A DNA stretch of 21,273 nt from Promethearchaeota archaeon (GTDB taxonomy: Archaea; Asgardarchaeota; Lokiarchaeia; Sigyniarchaeales; SOKP01), in contig JAUVNS010000031.1 of the NCBI GenBank assembly GCA_030599585.1, positions 1 through 21,273 on the forward strand, written 5' to 3'. The position numbers were made by a program, and so were the translations under genes. Below the pieces are notes generated by a model that saw only the letters and a program-made list of their open reading frames with translations, ran no database searches and was not told the origin of the DNA. The first letter of the stretch is position 1; each line of letters begins with the position of its first letter. Below, piece by piece: positions 8,824-16,045 of this stretch.

Positions 8824-9537
8824 ATGGAAAAAATAGAAAGATGGATATATGGATTTTGTTTTCTTCTTGGAGGGCTTTTCTTATTAATTTTTGCGGGAGT
8901 TTCCTTAATAGATTTATTATCAAAAACAATCATCTACTTTCTATTTACATTTGCAATCATAATAATGCTGTATGGTGTTATATTGATTCTAATTGGTACT
9001 TTTATTATGTCCGTTAACATTAGAGTTAAAAAAAGCGTTGCCCTTATTATTTTTTTAATAGGAATAGTAATCATAATCTTATCAATTACTGTGATAATTA
9101 TAGATTCTATTACCATCGTTAATATTTTCGAAATTATTTCAGGTATAGGATTAATTTTTCTCGGAATTAATTTGTTTTCCCACAAAATAAAGTTAAAATA
9201 TGATGAGCAAACAAAAAAAGAGGAAAAACAAAAAAAAGATAAAAAATTAATTGGGGTTGTATCATTCGTAATAGGGTTAATTATTTCACTTTTATGTGGA
9301 TTTTTAATCATCATCACAATGGTTTCATATAACCCTGAATATTTACTCTATAATTTTCCTTTTTTAGTGTTACCTTTTCTAATTGGAATTATTTTATTAA
9401 TTTATGGTGAATATTCGATAAAAGGGAGAAAAAATAAGGTTGTTTTACCAATTTTAAGAGGTTTATTTATCTTATTAATTTTTTTATATATCTTATCAAT
9501 CTTTTTATTTTCAAGAATAGTTTTACTCTTCTATTAA
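8824..9537 (+). CDS. Multi-pass (~7 TM) membrane protein
   Basis: Successive hydrophobic helices split by a charged K/E-rich linker. It lies directly downstream of the protease. Confidence 0.75.
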   Translation: MEKIERWIYGFCFLLGGLFLLIFAGVSLIDLLSKTIIYFLFTFAIIIMLYGVILILIGTFIMSVNIRVKKSVALIIFLIGIVIIILSITVIIIDSITIVNIFEIISGIGLIFLGINLFSHKIKLKYDEQTKKEEKQKKDKKLIGVVSFVIGLIISLLCGFLIIITMVSYNPEYLLYNFPFLVLPFLIGIILLIYGEYSIKGRKNKVVLPILRGLFILLIFLYILSIFLFSRIVLLFY

Positions 9538-9701
9538 AGGTTCAATTTTGAATATGTAAATATGAACCTTAATAAGCCCACAATCGATCCGAATAAAAAC
9601 TATCATACATAACCTATTTTTACAGCAGTACCATCGGTTCCTGGTTTTTTCAACTTTATGAATGTCCTTATATCTTCTTATTATATTATTTGTCAGACTA
9701 T

Positions 9702-9872
9702 TTACTCCCATATTCTACTCTTATTAAAATTTCTTTTTTCAATCATATGATAGAAAGCTTCTATCTCTTGAATAGCAAAATTAAAATGCTTATATGGGGG
9801 AATTTTATTCGTCTGATAATGTGTTTTTTAACAAGTGTGCCTATTACCACAACCTATACAGTCTTCTTTCAT
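9702..9872 (-). pseudogene. Small Cys-motif ORF interrupted by an in-frame stop
   Basis: Reads MKEDCIGCGNRHTC*KTHYQTNKIPPYKHFNFAIQEIEAFYHMIEKRNFNKSRIWE*, with the internal TAA at 9828-9830. Confidence 0.3.
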
Positions 9873-9923
9873 TTAAATTTCCACTATCGTATTAAATTAC
9901 TCTCTAATTCTCTTTTTTTTTAT

Positions 9924-10151
9924 CTAAAAAATCCTGAAGTATTTAATCCCAGTGTCAAGCCCACACACAGCCAAAAGTACGATGGACGCGATAATAGCGC
10001 CAATCATCTTATTTCGATACCGCTGACCGTCCCAGATTAGAAAAACTATCCCAATCATGAACCCAAATAAATCCACGATCGAACCAAGTGCAATTAAATA
10101 CTCAAATCCTTCTAAAAACCCTTCGAAATAATCAAAGGATTTTTGAAGTAC
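9924..10151 (-). pseudogene. Small two-TM protein lacking an obvious start (not in the ORF track)
   Basis: Reads VLQKSFDYFEGFLEGFEYLIALGSIVDLFGFMIGIVFLIWDGQRYRNKMIGAIIASIVLLAVCGLDTGIKYFRIF*. It is protein-like and GC-richer than its surroundings, but preceded by an in-frame TAG. Confidence 0.5.
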
Positions 10152-10177
10152 CTAAACTTTGATCTTTTATAGTAGAC

Positions 10178-10498
10178 TTATTTTATCCTGATCCAATTTT
10201 GAGGGTGGGACTGTTCTTTCTCAATTTCTTCTATTTGATTTTTAAGATAATCTATTTCCCACCGTAGTTTTCCTATAGCTCTTGAAGAATAGAATTCTCC
10301 AACGATGCACGCAATTGAAATACCGATTCCCACTACTATGTTCGCTAAATTCATATTAAATATTTCGAAAATAATAGCTATAATGGTCAAAACCAGTAGT
10401 ATTACTATTAATAAATTTAGGATCCAAATTGATTTGAGAAATTTTCTTTTACTTACAATTAAGGTTCTATTATAATCTATAATTCTTTGGTTATTCAC
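10178..10498 (-). CDS. Two-TM protein with C-terminal coiled coil
   Basis: GTG start with AGTGAT upstream, two hydrophobic helices, then LRWEIDYLKNQIEEIEKE. Confidence 0.6.
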   Translation of the reverse strand: MNNQRIIDYNRTLIVSKRKFLKSIWILNLLIVILLVLTIIAIIFEIFNMNLANIVVGIGISIACIVGEFYSSRAIGKLRWEIDYLKNQIEEIEKEQSHPQNWIRIK

Positions 10499-11083
10499 AA
10501 TAAATCACTTTATCTTTATTTTAAATGATCCTTCAGGATCTATTTAAACTTTACCGCATTATTTTTATATTTATATAAAATTTACTTATACAATTGAATG
10601 TCTAGATTTTTAAATTGTTGCTAGCACGAATTTCGCACCACACAATGATCCTAATGTATAAGATTTAGAAAAGAATGATGTGTAGAAACAATTCATCTTG
10701 GTATTAGTATGTTCTATTAGAGATAGGTGAAATTCAATACAGATAATAATTAGATATAGAAGGCTTAAAACCTGATTTTTAAAAGCTTTATCGATTTAAA
10801 GTTAAGCCACGCAATCATCATATAATTAATTACTTTTAAAAAGAAGATAGGAAAAACTAGGTAGGTAAAATAATAATACTTAATAAACCAATAAACAGCC
10901 TCCTTTCAAATACACAAAAAAGTAATTAGAATTGTTGTTTCATTAGATTCTTATTCATAAATTTTAAATTTAATCTTTTAGATAAGTTAATCTCAAATTC
11001 TAATAAAATGAAGAAACAATTTTAAAGTAGAAATTATATTTAATCATTAGAACCATAATTTATGTAATCCAAAATAAATTTTT

Positions 11084-11863
11084 ATGACTCAAAATACATT
11101 AGTTAGAATAATAAATAAGACTTTCAGCTTAATGCACCTAAGTTATAAAATTAAAAACATTTCAGATAGTAAGAAGAAAATTATGATTCCTTATGATATC
11201 GAAGATGATTTCCTTCAGTTATATTATAAATGTAAAAAATACACAGTATCTACTATCGGAAGCTTGTATTCTCATTATAAAGCAATAATTTTCATAGTAA
11301 AAAACAATATTCCAGGAGATATTGTAGAATGTGGTGTTTGGAAAGGAGGAAGTATGATGCTATGTGCTTTAACTTTATTATCATTGGGTGTTAATGATCG
11401 TAAATTATATTTATATGATACGTATGAAGGTATGAGTAAACCAACTCAATATGACATAAGAGGATTTGATGATCTTAAAGCTGTTTATGAATGGGACAGA
11501 ATGAGAAAATGTGGTGAAAAGTGGCATTTTGAACCTCTTGAAAATGTAAAAAAGAATGTTAATTCCACTCAATATCCTAAAGAGAATATTTTCTTTATAA
11601 AAGGGAAAGTTGAGAATACAATTCCAAGTGTAATCCCTGAAAGGATTGCATTTATAAAACTTGATACTGATTGGTATGAATCAACATATCATGAACTTGG
11701 GTATCTATATCCAAAATTAGCTAAAGATGGAATTTTAATGGTTGATGATTATGGTTATTGGAAGGGATCAAGAAAAGCAGTGGATCAATTCATGGAAGAA
11801 AATAAAATTAAAATATTCTTGAGTAGATATGATAAAACCGGTCGATTAGCAATAAAGCTTTAA
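11084..11863 (+). CDS. TylF/MycF/NovP-family (macrocin-type) SAM-dependent O-methyltransferase
   Basis: Motifs PGDIVECGVWKGGS, LYDTYEG, FIKGKVENTIP, LDTDWYEST and DDYGYWKGSRKAVD. Confidence 0.93.
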   Translation: MTQNTLVRIINKTFSLMHLSYKIKNISDSKKKIMIPYDIEDDFLQLYYKCKKYTVSTIGSLYSHYKAIIFIVKNNIPGDIVECGVWKGGSMMLCALTLLSLGVNDRKLYLYDTYEGMSKPTQYDIRGFDDLKAVYEWDRMRKCGEKWHFEPLENVKKNVNSTQYPKENIFFIKGKVENTIPSVIPERIAFIKLDTDWYESTYHELGYLYPKLAKDGILMVDDYGYWKGSRKAVDQFMEENKIKIFLSRYDKTGRLAIKL

Positions 11864-12113
11864 ATAAATTTTAACTTAAAAAGTTTAATGTGAATTTCTT
11901 CAGCATCTAAGGAATTAAATACAAAATTTGTAATTTTATATCTATCATTCTAATTAAAATAAAGGAAACACTGTTAATCTCAAATTATTCATAAAAACCT
12001 TAAATGACATTGATAGGTTAAAATCTTGAAAGAATATTCATGCAAAAATTGTGGTTAGATAATAAAAAGGAGCTGTATAGGTTACGAACAAGAATGATGA
12101 TGGGTGGTTTTCT

Positions 12114-12812
12114 ATGGTTGAAATTGAAATAAATTCAAATTGCAACCGTAAATGTCAATATTGCCCAAATTCTAAATTAAAAAGAACCAATTTACCTCTC
12201 TATATGGACACCGAATTATTTAATAAGATATTAAGTGAACTAAAAAAAATTAATTTCGATGGAAGAATCTCTTATCATTTTTATGGAGAACCACTTTTGC
12301 ATCCAAATTTAGGAAATTTAATTGAGAAAACCTCAAAAATGTTAAAAAAATCAAGGTTAATTCTTTATACAAATGGAGACTTATTGACTGAAAAAAAATA
12401 TTTAGAATTAGTTAAATCTGGTGTAGACTATTTTGTTGTTACGTCTCATTCATTAAAAACATTTCCGAATCGTCCAAAGCAAATAGTCTTATATCCTAAT
12501 AATTTGCATTTAACAAATCGAGGTGGTGTTATTGGGGTTTTAATTGAACCATTTAAGTTCCCGTGTTTTGCACCAACAACAACTTTAATTATCACAATAA
12601 CTGGTGAAATCTTACTTTGTTATGAAGATGCAAGAAGAGAACATGTATTCGGAAACATTATGTACCAACCATTGGAAGAAATTTGGTATTCAAATAAGTT
12701 TATTGAAATTAGAAAACAACTCGCAAGTGGTAATAGAGAAGCGGTTAATATATGCAAAATTTGCAATAATATCGCTCATTTAGAACCTATAAGATATGAT
12801 TATGTTTTATAA
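12114..12812 (+). CDS. btrN: BtrN-like radical SAM dehydrogenase (2-deoxy-scyllo-inosamine dehydrogenase family, Twitch domain)
   Basis: Cx3Cx2C motif (CNRKCQYCPN), GRISYHFYGEPLL, YTNGD, NRGG, four auxiliary Cys (PCFAP, CYED, CKICNN) and a YDYVL C-terminus. All match the BtrN sequence as recalled. Confidence 0.82.
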   Translation: MVEIEINSNCNRKCQYCPNSKLKRTNLPLYMDTELFNKILSELKKINFDGRISYHFYGEPLLHPNLGNLIEKTSKMLKKSRLILYTNGDLLTEKKYLELVKSGVDYFVVTSHSLKTFPNRPKQIVLYPNNLHLTNRGGVIGVLIEPFKFPCFAPTTTLIITITGEILLCYEDARREHVFGNIMYQPLEEIWYSNKFIEIRKQLASGNREAVNICKICNNIAHLEPIRYDYVL

Positions 12813-12945
12813 GTTTAGTATGATCCTAAATGTTAATTTTAAAAAACATAGTATTTTCATTTCTGAATTATTAATAAATTAATATTTTTAAACAATACTA
12901 ACTTATTTTTTTTACAAGGGTGTAAAACATTTCCATTATTTTATA

Positions 12946-14226
12946 ATGAAGAAAAAAAGCGAAATGCTTGCGATTAAGGGAGGAAAGCCAGTTTGGAACG
13001 GAGTATGGCCAAAATGGCCTGAAATAACAGAAAAAGAGCTTAGTAAAGTTATTGAAGTAATGAAATCCGAAAGATGGGCTATAAGCGGCCCTTCTTTAGG
13101 AAAAATATCTTGGGAAAAAAAATTTAGTATAGCTTTTGCAAAATATTGTGGTGTGAATTATTGCGTTCCAACTTGTAATGGTACAAGTGCTTTATTAATT
13201 GCTTTAGAAGCTCTTAACATTGGTTATGGAGATGAAGTCATTGTTCCAATTTTGACATGGGTGGCAACAGCTAGCGCAGTTACAAATGTCAATGCCATTC
13301 CTGTGTTTGTAGATGTAGATCCGAAAACTTTATGTGTATCTCCTGAAGCGATTAATTCTGCAATAACTCCAAATACTAAAGCCATAATACCTGTCCATTT
13401 ATATTCAGGGATGGCAGATATGGATAAATTATCAAAAATATCATCTCAAAATGAAATTCCAATTATTGAAGATTGTTCTCACGTACATGGTGCTTTATGG
13501 AGGGAATCACCAGCGGGATCGATTGGTAAGATTGGCACTTTTAGTATGCAACAGACAAAGGTTCTGACGGCTGGTGAAGGAGGGGCCACAGTAACAAATG
13601 AAAAATCTCTAGCGAATTATATGGAGCAATTACGTGCAGATGGTAGAATTTTTAAGAAAGGAGTTAATATTTTAGGGGAAATGGATATCGTAAAAATGGG
13701 AGATTTACAAGGTAATAATTATTGTTTAACAGAATATCAAGCAGCGTTATTATATGAAAAATTGAAAACTCTAGATTTACAACATGAAAAAAGATGGAAA
13801 AACGCAAAAATCTTAGATAAATTGCTTTTAGAAATTGATGGAATCGTACCATTATCAACATATAAAAGTGTTAAAAAAAGAGTTTATTACCGTTATGTTT
13901 TTAAAATAAATTCCAAAAAAATTAAAGATAAATCCATAGAAGTTATATGTGGACTGCTATCATCAGAATTGGGGATTTCAGTTGAACCTATTTATAAACC
14001 CCTCAATCAATCAAAAATTTATAATCCCTTAAGTAAGAAAAGGTTCCATATTAATGAAGAACATATTAGAAAATTAAAGACACAAGACTTGAACTTTCAT
14101 AAAGCAGAAAAGGCATATAATTCGTTTGTATCACTCCCCCATAGAGTACTATTAGGTAACTATGAGCATCTTCAAGCAATAGCTGATGCAATAACAAAAG
14201 TGTTAGAAAATATTTCAAATTTATAA
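12946..14226 (+). CDS. btrR: BtrR/StsC-like L-glutamine:(2-deoxy-)scyllo-inosose aminotransferase (DegT/DnrJ/EryC1/StrS family)
   Basis: Generic DegT motifs (GDEVIVP, IIPVHLY, IEDCSH) plus subfamily-type motifs WPKWP, RWAISG, FSMQQTKVLTAGEGG (PLP Lys), QLRADGR and GDLQGNNYCLTEYQAA. Confidence 0.82.
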   Translation: MKKKSEMLAIKGGKPVWNGVWPKWPEITEKELSKVIEVMKSERWAISGPSLGKISWEKKFSIAFAKYCGVNYCVPTCNGTSALLIALEALNIGYGDEVIVPILTWVATASAVTNVNAIPVFVDVDPKTLCVSPEAINSAITPNTKAIIPVHLYSGMADMDKLSKISSQNEIPIIEDCSHVHGALWRESPAGSIGKIGTFSMQQTKVLTAGEGGATVTNEKSLANYMEQLRADGRIFKKGVNILGEMDIVKMGDLQGNNYCLTEYQAALLYEKLKTLDLQHEKRWKNAKILDKLLLEIDGIVPLSTYKSVKKRVYYRYVFKINSKKIKDKSIEVICGLLSSELGISVEPIYKPLNQSKIYNPLSKKRFHINEEHIRKLKTQDLNFHKAEKAYNSFVSLPHRVLLGNYEHLQAIADAITKVLENISNL

Positions 14227-14478
14227 AGTAATAAAAATTGGGTATTAAGTTATTTCTTGAAAGAAATTCCCTTTGGTAATGAATTTTTTAGGTATTTATT
14301 CTAACGAAAATAAACAAAATATATTGAATTCATAATTAAATTCAGAAATTAATGGAATTTAGTTCATTACAATTTAATATTAGTTTATTTTAAGCCAGTA
14401 TTTAAGATAAATTTTAAATTCAAAGTATATTACAAAGTATTGACGCGAAATTTAGTTCTAAAATGATATAATCTTTTT

Positions 14479-15063
14479 ATGGTTAGTTTACGATTAGCAG
14501 CTAAATACTCTAAAAAGAGATTTGAAATGCAAGAAAAAACAAAATTTTTCTATATTTGCGCTATCCTCTCAATTATGCGGGTACCTTTCGCAATTTTAAT
14601 CTTCTTTTTTATTTTCCAGAGGATAATTATTGGAGCATTCATAATTTTTCTTATTGCTGCACTATCAGATATTCTAGATGGCAAAATTTCGCGAAAGTCA
14701 AAACAAGATAGTAGATTAGGATGGATACTTGAAAATATTGTAGATAATGTTCTTTTCTTCTTTACCTTTTTGTCTTTGGCTTTAAATAATTATTTACCTT
14801 ATTGGTTTTTTTCTATTAGCTTAATGATGATTTTTATTCAACTATTTTGTTTTTCACTCCTCGCAAGGGATAAAAATAGAGTAAATTTTGATGAATCATA
14901 CTATTTATACGGGAGCGTTCCTTTTTTTTGGGGCATTCCTATTTTGTTTTTTTTGGGAATTCTTAATAATGTAATTCTTCTTATTGCTACCATTATAATC
15001 TTATTTGCTTCAATAGATCTTTTTTATGAATTTTTTTCAGCTTATGGAAAGAAACTTGAATGA
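14479..15063 (+). CDS. CDP-alcohol phosphatidyltransferase family protein with a variant motif
   Basis: Multi-TM protein with LSIMR. DILDGKISR...G-WIL-E-NIV-D compares with the canonical DxxDGxxAR...GxxxDxxxD. The start may be 14527. Confidence 0.85.
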   Translation: MVSLRLAAKYSKKRFEMQEKTKFFYICAILSIMRVPFAILIFFFIFQRIIIGAFIIFLIAALSDILDGKISRKSKQDSRLGWILENIVDNVLFFFTFLSLALNNYLPYWFFSISLMMIFIQLFCFSLLARDKNRVNFDESYYLYGSVPFFWGIPILFFLGILNNVILLIATIIILFASIDLFYEFFSAYGKKLE

Positions 15064-15164
15064 TAACGAGTATCAATTCTAACAAGTACTATGTGAGAAG
15101 ATGTAAAAAACAATCTTGAAAGTGGACTTGATTTTTCTTAAAGATTTTGTTCGCGATAAACTAA

Positions 15165-15440
15165 GATTTCGCCCTAATTCGCTCCCTAAACATCCTTTAA
15201 TCAAGAGGTTATATATCATTTCCAACATGAGACTCTAAATAGAGTCTTAGATTTCTTATGGACTGAAAAGTAAAATTAGACTTACTTTTCAATTCCATGC
15301 GTATTTAACCTTTAATAAAAGAGAACAGGTGAATATTAAAAGAAAGAGAAGGGAAAAGAAATCTGAGCATTTTTATTTAAAATTAGGGAGAGTTTAAACC
15401 CAGTTGAGTTTAATAGGGGGCGAAATCCGATTTAGCTCAA
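15165..15440 (+). ncRNA. Candidate structured RNA or MITE-like element
   Basis: Five nested helices plus one crossing 12-bp helix (coordinates in findings). G-U pairs favour the + strand. Confidence 0.45.
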
Positions 15441-15697
15441 ATTGTCTTGGTATAAGGTTCCCTTTCTACATTTTATTAAGAAATTCAAATATTAAAACTC
15501 TATCGAAATAGCTATTAAAAAAAGCGGAATCGATAAATCAGAAATTGGGAATTTTGATACTATTTTGGATATTGTCTTTTTTTTTTAACTCCTTCAGGAT
15601 GGAAAAATTAATAAACAGTGCTATTTACAATTGAAATAATCCATAGACACATTTGTAATAAATATGAATATTATAAATATTTAGAGGAGGTTATAAA

Positions 15698-16006
15698 ATG
15701 AGTAATGAAAATGATGAAGTTTTTGACCTTTATTTCATAATAGAACCAGAAAAAGCAGAGATCGTGAGAGGAGAAGAAGATGAGAAGAAAATACCTAGAG
15801 TTATGAGAAGAATTGAAAAGAAGTACATAAATGGTATTAAATCTTTTGGTGCACGTATGTTTAAAATAATAGATGATGAGAATTTAGAATTGGATGAAAT
15901 CAACCTTGATTTTAAGGGGGATTTAAGTTCCAGATTAAATTTTGGAGTTTTTGAAATTGGTGGTGGGGTAGGAGCTTCGATATCTTTTAAATTAAAGAAA
16001 AAGTAA
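15698..16006 (+). CDS. Pepco/Trypco-like small protease-associated protein
   Basis: Strong GGAGG SD. An N-terminal strand and acidic loop with VRG are followed by a helix and a Gly-rich beta hairpin (LELDEINLDF...FGVFEIGGGVGASISFKLKKK). It sits directly upstream of a CHAT protease. Confidence 0.7.
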   Translation: MSNENDEVFDLYFIIEPEKAEIVRGEEDEKKIPRVMRRIEKKYINGIKSFGARMFKIIDDENLELDEINLDFKGDLSSRLNFGVFEIGGGVGASISFKLKKK

Positions 16007-16045
16007 AATAGGAAAGATTTGAGAATTTAGATTAAAAAATGAAAA

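Noticed and set aside
9690-10040. Plus-strand 116-aa ORF
   Set aside because: No SD and a non-protein-like composition. The minus strand carries the more plausible coding remnants.
11084-15063. Complete aminoglycoside antibiotic gene cluster
   Set aside because: No deoxy-inosose synthase, glycosyltransferase, deacetylase, exporter or resistance gene is present in the window.
15172-15390. CCCTAA/TTAGGG telomere-like words
   Set aside because: Isolated hexamers explained by the P1/P2 pairing. There is no tandem array and no reverse transcriptase in the window.
15165-15440. RNase P RNA, SRP RNA, group I/II intron or retron ncRNA
   Set aside because: The conserved signatures (GAGGAAAGUCC, SRP helix 8, intron P7/D5) were not found, and there is no reverse transcriptase gene.
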